A stretch of DNA of 64,000 nucleotides from Camelus ferus. Lineage: Eukaryota. Location of the stretch: NCBI RefSeq assembly GCF_009834535.1, contig NC_045696.1, positions 26,724,001 through 26,788,000 on the forward strand, read 5' to 3'. A model generated the notes under the pieces. It did not search any database and was not told the DNA's origin. It worked only from the letters and a program-made list of their open reading frames with translations. A program made the translations under genes and the position numbers. Of this stretch, positions 53,104-64,000 are shown in pieces; positions within the stretch are counted from its first letter, which is position 1; each line of letters opens with the position of its first letter.

Positions 53104-53688
53104 AAAAACTATCTAAAAGAACTGATGTAAAATCATATTGGCACTTCATTTGTCAACCAGAGTAATGAAATGGTCCCTGCTGCTGAAATCAGTGATAAAT
53201 ACTACTACAATCATCTTAAAGATTTGGTGGAAAACTCCTCTGAAGAACACGGACATCCTATCTGTTCTCTAAAGTTCTTCAGCATTTTGATCCATGTTTA
53301 TCCCTTTTCTGAAAGGTCTTACAAGTTTACAGGAATCTAGACATCTCAAGGTTTTAATGAAAAGTTGTCACCACCTATTCCTGGCTCAAGTATTTTCTCT
53401 TGGGATTTTACAGGTTTTCTGACACAATGAAGTGTAAGCTATACATCTTCACTGAGCACAGGACCCCTTATAGCCCCATAGAGTCCAGCAACAGGACCTA
53501 TGGTCTGCAACAGATAGGAAACCTTTCCCTTGTCTTGCTCAAGTTGTCTTTTCAATGATTATTCTCAAAAAAATAAATACAATTCATAAGCTACAGGTTT
53601 TATTTGGTACATTTTGATAATTTTTTAAAACCATTTGTTTTTCTGGATACTATCTTGTGTGTCCACTTAATTTTACTCTGCTTATTAA

Positions 53689-53716
53689 AAACAAACAAAC
53701 AAACAAACAAACAAAA
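53689..53716. repeat. (AAAC)n microsatellite
   Basis: aaacaaacaaacaaacaaacaaacaaa. Confidence 0.9.
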
Positions 53717-54463
53717 CCCTTCTTGCAAAAGGCCACAGAGAATTCAAGGGCTTATAATTCCCATAAGGTTGAGACTCACATGCCATTTCCATTCAGGAGA
53801 CTCCTCAACTCACAGAGGCTGCGGTCACTCTTCCTTCCCTTTCTCTTCTCCCCTCCCTCCACCTGCTGTGTTTGAGAGCTGAAGCCACAGGCTCTCAAGT
53901 CCATGGGCATGCACAAATAGTTCTTACTGAAGCGCTGACAGCTTTAAACTGAGATAACTTTCTTAATGGATTATTATGCGTTGACCTTTTATTCTTAAAG
54001 CTGCATATACAAATTTTAGAGATCTGTCTCTATGCTCAAGACCCCTAAGTAGAAATGTTTTGGCCCTGAAGCATATGAAATATTTTTTATGTAAGCAAAA
54101 GGGAATGACATTAAAGATCAGAAGCTTCCTTGATAGTAAAAAAAGAAGCGGAGTAGAAAGAATATGCCAGAGTTCAGAGAAGGAAGAGAACACCAGGAGA
54201 AGGTGGAGTGTGGGTGAGAGTGGAAAGGATAGGCTCACTCTAGAGGCCACTGGGGGAAGTGCTGTTGCATTTTGAATATATTACCGTCTAAGTTATTTGT
54301 TGAGACCCCAGAAGAAGACACTTTCCTCAGAAGAAGAAGCTGGTAGTTAGTGTAAACTAGCAAAAAAATCAAAAGAGTAGTTAACCTACCATCAACAGTC
54401 TAATAGAGACTGGATGCTGCAGGATTTGGTAGCTAAATATACCAGTATTTAGAAGTGTTGGCT

Positions 54464-54609
54464 TGGCAGGGGAGGGGTGTAGCTCAAGTGGTAGAGTGCA
54501 TGCTTAGCACTCATGAGGTCCTGGGTTCAATCCCCAGTACCTCCTCTAGAGTAAATAAATAAATAGACCTGATTACCTCCTCCCACAAAAAGAATAAATA
54601 AATACTAAA
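54464..54609 (+). mobile_element. tRNA-derived SINE (Vic-1-like), long form
   Basis: A box tagctcaagtggtaga, B box ggttcaatccc, perfect TSD aagtgttggct (54453-63 and 54610-20). Confidence 0.92.
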
Positions 54610-55215
54610 AAGTGTTGGCTATTATTTGTAGACTTGAGTAAGTCAGAGCAGCGAAGAGACGAACTGCTCTTTAGAATATTCAACTAGAACCAGAAGAGAA
54701 AATGAAGTGATTACTCTCAGACTAAACAGGGTCAGATCAAAAAACTAATCACATTCTCCTGAGTAGGGGTGGAAAGCAATGGATAGTTTTGATACCTGAT
54801 CGGAAACAGATGTTAGTGAATTCTGTGTGGAGAAGGAAAATCCCAGACAACTAGGTGTTTGGCTTGAGCTGCTGTGTGGATGCTACAACCATTTGCAGGT
54901 ACAGCGATAAGGTGGTAAAATCAGGAGCTCCATTCTGAATAGTCTGAATATGAAATGTCAAATACGTATTTATTGGAGGTGTCAAGTAACGTGACATATC
55001 TAGCACTAAGGAGAGGTAAGGGTGACAGAGGCTTAAGGGCCATCAACAAATAGAAAGACTTAAAATAATGGGAATGAATGAGAACACAGGGAAAGAGTTT
55101 AAAGAGAAGAGACACTGGCCCTTCAGCACTTAAAGACAGGATATGAAAGAAAGAGCCACTAAAGAAGGGGTGGGTAGGCATGAAGTGATGGCAGCAGAAA
55201 GGGGCGACTGTGATG

Positions 55216-55585
55216 ACAGAAAAGCAAAATACCATATGATATCACTCAGATGTGTACTCTAAGAAAGAAAAAAAAAAAAAAGAAAGAAAAGGACACTATG
55301 AACTCATTTATGAAACAGAAACAGACTCGCAGAGTAAACAATCTTACAGTTACCAGGGAAAGGGATAAATCTGGGAGTTTGATATTTACAAATGTTAGCC
55401 ACTATATATAAATATAGATTTAAAAAAAGTTTCTTCTGTATAGCACAGGGAACTATATTCAATATCTTGTAATAACCTTTAATGAAACAGAATATGAAAA
55501 CGAATATATATACATATATGCATGACTGGGACATTCTGCTGTACACCAGAAATTACACATTGTAACTGACTGTACTTCAATAAAA
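55216..55585 (+). mobile_element. 5'-truncated L1 3' end
   Basis: aaataccatatgatatcactc...ctgtatagcacagggaactatattcaatatcttgtaataacc...cttcaataaa. Homologous to 52770-53100. Confidence 0.92.
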
Positions 55586-55862
55586 TTTTTTTAACATTTT
55601 TTATTGATTTATAATCATTTTACAATGTTGTGTCAAATTCCAGTGTTCAGCACAATTTTTCAGTCATTCACGGACATATACACACTCATTGTCACATTTT
55701 TTTCTCTATGAGTTATCATAACATTTTGTGTATATTTCCCTGTGCTATACAGTGTAATCTTGTTTATCTATTCTACAATTTTGAAATCCCAGTCTATCCC
55801 TTCCCACCCTCCACCCCCCTGGTAACCACAAGTCTGTATTCTCTGTCTGTGAGTATATTTCT
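55586..55862 (-). mobile_element. Younger-subfamily L1 3' UTR inserted antisense into the tail of the preceding L1
   Basis: ttttttattgatttataatcattttacaatgttgtgtc...ttccctgtgctatacag...ctggtaaccacaag; flanking duplication aaatttttttaa (55583-94 and 55863-74). Confidence 0.9.
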
Positions 55863-56883
55863 AAATTTTTTTAAAGTAAATAATAGGGAGTTATTCTTGG
55901 TTTTGTTTTTGTTTTTTCCCAGGAGGGAACTGTCAATTGTATTAGTCACTGCTGAGAGATTGATTATGATGAAGACAAGACAGGAAGATCATTGCTGAAC
56001 CTGGACACAGCAGTGCAGTTTCAGGGAGGGGAACCAGAGTTGAAGGATATGAAAAATAAGTGATCGGTTATAAAGTGGGTCAAGAAGGGTCAAAAAATCT
56101 CATTTAAGGAATTTTACTGTGGGGGTTGTAAAACAATGCAGCAGTAATCACAGGTGATGTGGAGTAAAGGAATATTATTTTAAATAAAGGGATGTTAAAG
56201 CACAGTAGCATAGATGTAATACAAATATGACAATTATCCTCATATCTTTGAGTTTTTTAAAGAGTAAGATACAGCATCACATAGTGTGAATTCAGCTGTA
56301 GCTGACTGAAGAAAGGTGGTTACCTCCTCCAAGTTGGGCCTGTCGGATTGTCACTCCTAAAAGTCGGAAGCAGGACACGGAAATACCCACGTGTGAACCT
56401 CAGTGAGGCCTGAGGGACTTCCTAGCCTTACACTACAGTGCTGGTGCTCTTCCTCCTAATGACTTTTTTGTTTAAAGGAATTTGAGTGGATTTCTCTGTA
56501 ACAATGAAAGGTCACTAGGAACACTGAGTTAAACTTTCCTGAAATTCTCTAAATCTACAGTAAACTCTTTTACATTGTGAATCTTCAGTGGAAAACAATG
56601 TTTTCCAATATTTCTGACCCTATAATAATTTCTTGAAGAACATTCCAAGGGACTAATGATCATATGAAAACAGTCTGCAATATTACCCTTAGCTTATGCT
56701 TGCAACTTAAATTACTGCGAGGTTCATCTTCATATTTGGTTTCTGGGTTTGCTTCATTCTTGTTTTACTTCTGCACTCATTTCTTTACCTTCTACTAAAA
56801 TTCCACATGTCAAACCTGTATTTTTCTTGCTAATTTTATCCCTGACTCCCTCTGAAACTTTGGGAGACTCCAAAAATCACTCT

Positions 56884-57362
56884 TGTTACAGAAACGACAG
56901 GCCAGCCAAGAAACAAGCACCACTCGGAGGGTTGGAGTACTCAGGTGTATTACGCCGGCGGGCTCAGAGGGGCTTCTGCTCTGAAGCTCTGAGCACCTCC
57001 AAGACGTGCGCATGAGGTTTTATAGGGTAAAGTACAAGCTTGGGGTATTTGGCCAATAGGCATGGAACAGCTTTAGCAGCATCATTATCACAAAAGTGGA
57101 GGCGGAGAGGCAGCAAACCAACATTCCAAAGCCAGATATAGCTCTTTGAAAATCTAGCTGGCTAGCAAAAAAAAAAAAACATGAACAGGGAATCAGCAAA
57201 CCAACACTAATTAACTTAGATTTACGAGTTAGTCCAGCAGAACTCAGATCAGTATTCCGATACTTAGATTTGTGAGTTACCTTGTTAGCCCAGCCTAGCC
57301 TCTCCTTCACATTCCTAGACTTGTGAGTTATCTTGTTAGACCAGCCCGGCTTTTCCTTCACA
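56884..57362 (-). mobile_element. Relatively young ERV solo LTR
   Basis: TGT...ACA termini, minus-strand TATAAAA at about 57018-24, retained CpGs (acgccggcgg), tandem duplication in U3. Confidence 0.85.
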
Positions 57363-60300
57363 AGTCAAAGTCTTTTGAGATGAGAATTCCATTGTCTCTC
57401 ACAGTCCCTCTTATTTATGTTCTGAAATGTATCTCCTCAAAATACTTATATCAATTTTTGAATATCTAAATACTAACAATATTTATATTTTCTTTAATAA
57501 AAGAGATAACAGAAAATACACTAACTTTCTAAATCAATAGTACTATATTCAATTTTCTTGAAGCAAAGTCAGCACATCTCCTCTTACAGAACCTCAAAAT
57601 GCTCTATTTTCATAGCTTCCAGAAGCTTGGAATGCTCAGAAATACAGTACATACCAAACTCATGTTTCTTTTAACTATGAGGTGGTGTTTGCCTTTGTAC
57701 TGCATAGTGACATGCTTCCATTTTAATGATGTTTGAATTTAGCATAACAATTGAGTTCGCTTTCAAATCTGCTACATTGAAATTCCACCTGCTTATCCAC
57801 ATCTCTTACTAAAAATTAAAATCTTAATGATCACAGTGAGGGGAAAACAATTAAGAAGTTCCTAAAATGTACTTTTCGATATGTGTATTTATATCAAACA
57901 CGTGTTGCAATGACACATGTTTTGCATTTCAAACCAGAAACCCTGGCTTATATATACTTCCATGCATTTACAGCCTTAATCAAGACAGAAACCATTTGCT
58001 TTTCAACAGAGCAATTAAGGCACAGAACAATTAAGGTTTTGCTAAATGGCCTCCTATACTTTATTACAGTTTACCTTGTGTTCTTGTGAGGAGGAGCTAT
58101 TATTTCTGCTCCAGGCTCTTGATCTCCCCAGGGAGTGGAAATGAGCATCTGTCGTGGAATGGAGCTGCGAGTGAAGTGCCGGGGAATGAGAATGTTGAGA
58201 GAAGGAAGATGGAAAACCAACTTTGGGAAAAGCAGGGAAGCTTTCAGGCAGGAAGTTCTCCTCCACCATCAGCTATAGCTGTTATGCAAGGTGTCCAGAG
58301 CTCACTCTGTTGATTAGAAGTTAGTACCTTCAGTCTCTACAGAAAAGTAGTGAGCAAGGCATGGCAAGCCTACAGAATTTAAGAGCTTGAGATGGGAAAT
58401 GGAGAGGGGAGAAGAGAGACAGCAAAGAGGAGAAAAGGGAAGAAGGAAAAATAAATGACAGAGAATCATGAGATTTCATAGTTGAGTCTCACCATGGACA
58501 ACTAGGAAAGATGGTCACCTAATCATAATCTTAATGGTTACCTGACAACAATCTTAATGGAGTTTTGAGATTTTCCATGGCTAATCTGACTGCACTATTG
58601 CCAGACTGGTTAACTGCCTAGCCTAGACTGAATCATTTTAGAAGTATCGTACATCAGTGGTCCATCTAGGTTTATGTTAAGGTGATGATTTAGTTATTTT
58701 GGGAATAATAGGAGATATTTTCCCTTGTTTAACAGAACTATAATTAAGTATTAAGAGGAATAAGCATCTATTTTATAATTATATATACAAATGCACATGC
58801 ACACAGGTCCACGTATACACACACACACACAGGCACAGGAGGGTGTCTGAAAGAGCAGTGCCACGTGCCTGCAAAACGCTTTCCCCTTCAAAAACCAGTC
58901 AGCTATGTTAATATTGACAAATATTCTGACACTTGGATTTTCATTCACGCAATTCTTACACAAAGTCTTTGAAGTTCATATTTGCTCTCTTCTTATCTAA
59001 AACAGACTGTTTTGACAAAAGCTATGCCTGCTCTCCTTCATTAAGATCCAATTCCGTGAGAAAAAAAGGCTGACTTTGATTTATATGAAACAATTTTGAA
59101 AGTATTTTAAGGTTTCCAAACTAAAATAGTTTCTTAATTTTTAAAATTATGCTTTATAGAGAAAATAAAGGATTAAAATCAAAAGATAAGACTGACTTTG
59201 ATCTTCAAAGCCAAGCCACATGCTTGTTACAGGAGGCTTGCAGGAAAATACATGGACCTTCTCAGATCCGCATGGCACGTAACTAGTTAGCCCGTAACAG
59301 CCTTGTGGACGGGGGCTTATAACGCACACCAGGCTTTTGGACAAATTGATTGATTGGAGTTAACATGCGTGGCTTATGTGTTGAGGGTTCACACAGATGA
59401 ATAAACTGATATTAGAAAATATGGTAAAAATCTGAAAATTGAAACTGGAAGAGAGAAACTTGTTTTTACCACAAGCGTTTATACTATTTGATAAACACAC
59501 ACACACACACACACAGTCTCATACACATGCACACACAATAACATCACAGTATGTCCAACCCGTTTTGCTCTTCAAATTTGAGATTCACCTAACATTTCCC
59601 AGTAGGTCTGTTCATCTAATTTATTTCCTCATTGACATAGCCAAGACCCATTTCTTCAACATTCAAATACTCAGTGTAAGCAGTCTGAGCAAAATGGGAA
59701 AATGTTTTTGACTCTTGTAATTAGGAAAGTCAGGAATGAGCCTAGCATAACAAAAAATCTGCAACTATTGATTTGATAAATAGCAGGAGTATCTCTCTCA
59801 CATTCTCACACCTTTGATTTTCCCTGCACGTAGCTGTAGCCTCTCCTGCTGTTGGTGGGGCAGATGGCAACTTCTGGAGGCTGACTATCTGTACTTCATT
59901 CCCACCCTCCCCTACATCCCTGGTCAGTGTTTTGACTGGCCCACCGGCCTCATGTGCCTATTTCTGGACCAACCACTGTGCCCATGAGCAGGAGGTCCTC
60001 TGAGCCATGGCAGGAGCCGAGATAGGTGCCTCTTCACATAGTCAGAGCATCTCACCTACAGAAAGGCAGGAAGTGAAGGTGATAAAGAGGGCAGGCATTC
60101 ATTCATGACCACAGCCATCACTTCTCCTTTTATGATACCCTATGGCTCTCCGGTGTTTACAATATCCATGTGATCAATTCAGAACAAATTATTACTGAAT
60201 AGTAGCTATGAATCACCACAACTATCACCATCTCTCTCTCTCAAACATACACACAAAATCACTGTTATTTCTTATTTCAGGAGAATTGTGCAAAAGTGTT

Positions 60301-60589
60301 TTTCACATTATCTCATGTGACTCTGCTCAAAATATTTTGAAATAGACTATTTCTGTTTTACATATGAGAAGGCTGAAATTGTAGGTGAACAGCTCAAACA
60401 ATCTAACCAAAAAGTATAAAATATGTTCAGTTTTGAAGTGTGTGTAGATCAGTCAAAGACTTCAAATGCAATAGTAGGAGAAATGGTGATTGTACAGCAT
60501 AGATTTTAGGTGTCCAAGGGACTTAACAAATAGTAGCAATGTTGATGGCATGTAAGATCGTACAGAAAAATCAGCAACAATTAAAATGC

Positions 60590-61052
60590 AGTCATCAGTA
60601 CGTGGAAGATTAGGTTCAATCGAATTTGATCAAATCTGAGATAATACTGACTTACTAAGACACAGTCTTCTATTTTTCTTACTTAAACAAAATCTGGGGG
60701 AGAGGGCACAGTCCACTGTTAGAACAGTGAGTTGACAATGATCAGAGATCCATCACAGGGTTTTGCTTCATGTTCTAACATGACTATTCAAGAGGCAGCT
60801 GTAACATTCCAGAAAGACTTAGAGGGCACGAGAGAGGTGTGCCCCGCTCCCCTTTAAAAATACTTCCCAGATGTTGCACAGTGCACTTTGGCTAGCACAT
60901 TATCGCATCACCACACCTAGCTACAAGGGAGCCTCGTAAACAGAGTCTTATTCCATTCGGTCATGTGTGCTGCTGCTAAAAATCTGAGAGTCTCTAACAG
61001 AAGAGAAGGAAAGTGGCTATTGGAGCAGGAGACCAGGAGTCTCTGCCAAGAA
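60590..61052 (-). mobile_element. MaLR LTR (MLT1J-like)
   Basis: ccacacctagctacaagggag; gaagagaaggaaagtggctattgg...agtctctgcca. Confidence 0.7.
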
Positions 61053-61384
61053 CTCTTACAGTTTCCTCTGCAATATGTCACTGATATCACTCTTGGAGTT
61101 CAACCATTATTGCCCTGGCCATGTTCCTTCATACAGTCAAAGGGCAACATTCTTACCTATTATACTGAACATAAGAGCTTTTTTGTGATTTACTAGAGTT
61201 ACACTGTGCTTCTTATTTCTGAATATAAGCAGATCCTGTCCTCTCTATTCGCTTTGTTAAGACCCACTAAACTCTACAAACTGTCTCTTTCTCTTAAGTC
61301 TTACTGTAATGTTATGTTCAACTATAGTAAAAATGACTTTACACTATACTAGAATGTATTTTTAAATGAGTGCAAGAATATTTC

Positions 61385-61915
61385 TTGTCCTGTGTTTTCA
61401 TGCCATTCCTATATCAAGAGATAAAGTCTATTTTCCTTCCCCTTGAAACTGGGAAAATCTTTTTGACTGTTTTGATACACAACAGAACACAACAATAGAA
61501 GACAACAGAAATAATGTTGTATGTCTTCTGAAACTAGGTCACAAATGGTCAAAGAGCTTCCACCCGACTCCTCCTCTTTGGGACTGCTTTTACCTTGGGA
61601 TTTGACAGCCATGCTGTAAGGAATTCAAGCAGCCACATGGAAAGAAAACATGTTACGTGTCTGGCCACAGCCTCAGGTGCTTGAATTGTCCCAGCTAACT
61701 GTGAACATGAACTATTAGAGCAGTAAGGAGTGAGCCTCCTGGTGGTCACCAGCTGTTCTTCGGGCTACCGCAGCTGATACACAGGGAAGCAGAGCAAAGC
61801 TGTCCCCACTGGGTCCTGCCCAAAGTGCACATCAGTGAGCAAAATATATGTGGTCATCGTTTCAAGCCACTAAGTTTTTGGGTGGTTAGTTATTCAACAC
61901 TAGATAACTGGAACA
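61385..61915 (+). mobile_element. MaLR solo LTR (MLT1G-like)
   Basis: atcaagagataaagtctattttccttccccttgaaactggg...aagccactaagtttt...tagataactggaaca. Confidence 0.85.
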
Positions 61916-62229
61916 TATGTGTTGATAAAAATGTATCAGCATACTTGTAGAAGTACACCAGTAAGAACTAATGCATTAACAGGTTTGAAGAGCTATATCA
62001 TCCAGCCATCTCATTTTAAAGATGAGACCACCCAGGGTAAGCTCATTCAAGAGCATTGCTTAACACCATACAATCATTGAACATCATGTACCCAAAAATC
62101 ACTCCTGGGAAATCTAATTCCTTTTTACGCATAGTTTTTTTTCATTCTCTCATCATATCTGAAATATAATTTTAAGTTTTGCCATAACAGATTTATGCTA
62201 CAGTATATGAACAGGTATGAGCCACAGTT

Positions 62230-62454
62230 CAGTGATTCTCAACCCTGACTCTATGATACACCACTTGTGTTTCCTCTGGAGTCATGGGATCCTTTGCACC
62301 ACTGCAGCCTATGGAGTGAGAATCTCCATTTGGGTGCACACATCTATGAACATATATACCAATTCTATATGTAATTCAAATGAGCAGACGATGTTGAGAC
62401 TTCTTTTGCATCGTGTTCTCTGGAGGGATGTTCCTTTATAACAGAAAATCACAG
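62230..62454. mobile_element. Possible old hAT-Charlie MITE
   Basis: Imperfect TIR-like ends cagtgattctc / gaaaatcacag. Confidence 0.35.
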
Positions 62455-62669
62455 GTGAAAAATATTTCATACATTCAATTCTGAAATCTGTCCTCAGACC
62501 CCATGGCTTTTGTGTATATAAAACAAAATGGAATATCAAAGATCATATTTGACAAAAAATAAAAACAGCAAAGCGTATTAGATAAACATGAAAAGATGAG
62601 AGCTGTTCTATCATATGGTCCCATTCCATATCATATTTTTCAAAGAGTCTTTATACATTAGTCCTTAAC

Positions 62670-63570
62670 TGACTCAGTTCAGTTCAATACACTAGCCAGG
62701 AGCTATGTTTGGCAGTGGGATTTCAAAAATGAAAAAGACCTGCCAGGTTAATGAAGAAGGTTTTCAGGAAGTTGGCAATTTCAGATTTATGTGATGAAGC
62801 CATAATACTATTTATAGGCTGCCAGGGGATCACAGAACAAAGGCTCTTATTCCAACTGAGAAGCACTTGAAAGAATTCAGAGAGGAGAAATACCCAAAAT
62901 GACTCTTAAAGGATCAATCATAAATGTTATCTGGACAAAGAAATTTGAGCATGTTATTCAGGAGGAGAATGGTACAGTACAGGGTCAGCAAACGAGGGCC
63001 CAGGGACTGTATCTGGCCAACGACCTAGTCTTGTAAATCAAGTTTTATTTGAACATAGTCATGCCCAATTGTTATAGCAGAGTTTAGTTGTCTTAACACG
63101 CTGTATGCCCCACAGAACCAAAGATGTTTAGTATCCGGCTCTTCACAGAAAAAGTTTTCTGACCTCTGGTATAGAGAAGAAGGTAATATCGGAAGAAACA
63201 CTATATATTCAAGGAATTACAAAAGTTCAATATAACAAAATATAAAACGTAAAGCAGAGAAAGAGTTTTGAGCCTGGAATCCTAAATAGGACACATGAAG
63301 ATTGTTTATGTTAGGTTAAGGTGCTTGTGTTTTATTCTTTCTGTCGTGGAGAACAGGCTAGAGTTTGAAGGAGCAGAGTGATGTGGTCAGATTTTAGCAA
63401 GACTGCTCTGGCTGCATTGCGGGGATGTTTTAGAAATGCGAGATAGCAGATGAAAGACCAGTGAAGAAGCGAGACATTGTGAGGACCTGAAGCAGGGCAA
63501 AGGAAAGGGACAAACAGGAGGGGCCCTACAGAAGCTCTTTAGTAGGCGTAATTAGCAAGATTTGCTGAAA
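62670..63570 (-). mobile_element. L2 LINE interrupted by MER58
   Basis: gtttgaaggagcagagtgatgtggtcagattttagcaagactgctctggctgc. Confidence 0.65.
62980..63168. mobile_element. hAT-Charlie MITE (MER58A-like)
   Basis: cagggtcagcaaac...tgtaaatcaagttttatttgaacatagtcatgccc...cagaaaaagttttctgacctctg. Confidence 0.85.
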
Positions 63571-63589
63571 CTTATCTATCTTCATTCTG

Positions 63590-64000
63590 AAATGTGTCTG
63601 CAAATTTTTGACACTCCTCCCTTCCGAAGGGGGAACCTAATTACCCTTTCCTTGAATGTAGACCAAACATAGGGACTCCTTTCTAACCAACAGAATGTGA
63701 CAGAAGTGATGGTATATGGCTTCCCAGACCATGTCATAAAGGGCATAGCTCCCACCTGTTCATCTTTGCCCTACAGGAAGCCAGCCACCATACCCTAATA
63801 CTTAAGCAGCCCTACGATAGTTGCATGGGAAGAAGAACTGAGGCCTCCCAGAAACAGCCAGCACCGATTTGCCAGCAACGTGAGTGAGCTACCTGGGAAC
63901 CACTGAAGCCTTCAGTTGACTTCAGGCCTGGCCAACATCGTAACTACAACCTCCTGAAAGATCCTTAACCAGAATCCTTCAGACAGAATGCTTTCATATT
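63590..64000 (+). mobile_element. MaLR LTR (MLT1F-like), runs off the window end
   Basis: ttttgacactcctcccttc; ttctaaccaacagaatgtgacagaagtgatgg; gaagaactgaggcctccc. Confidence 0.85.

Larger units (their letters stand above)
54820..56190 (-). mobile_element. L2 LINE interrupted by two L1s
   Basis: tttggcttgagctgctgtgtggatg; gtcaattgtattagtcactgctgagagattgattatgatgaagac. Confidence 0.65.

Noticed and set aside
57260..57362. CRISPR-like repeat array
   Set aside because: Two directly adjacent repeats without unique spacers, inside an LTR in mammalian DNA.
415..62539. Remaining 60-126 aa ORFs in the six-frame track
   Set aside because: No recognisable domains and often low-complexity composition. 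Many lie inside LTR, L1, L2 or microsatellite sequence, and lengths are as expected by chance.

Overview
AT-rich, CpG-depleted mammalian non-coding DNA (intronic or intergenic), most likely from a camelid (camel/alpaca/llama). The evidence is four tRNA-derived Vic-1-type SINEs and cetartiodactyl-type L1 3' UTRs. No intact protein-coding gene is recognisable. The only ORF with a recognisable protein is a C-terminal fragment of LINE-1 ORF2p (52562-52804); the other listed ORFs look like chance frames. A large part of the window is interspersed repeat: ancient L2/MIR/L3/L1M, MaLR and ERVL LTRs, about ten ERV1-class solo LTRs (five within 36.6-40.2 kb), hAT and Tigger MITEs, and younger L1 and SINE insertions with target-site duplications (TSDs). 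The best non-repeat signals are a candidate minus-strand GC-box/TATA promoter with a short first exon at about 33.85-33.99 kb and motif-rich unique blocks at about 34.4 kb and 58.8-59.4 kb. A tail-to-tail L1 pair at 55.2-55.9 kb could fold into a long hairpin. I find no convincing new biological system. Repeat family names come from recalled consensus similarity, not a database search, and boundaries of old repeats are approximate.
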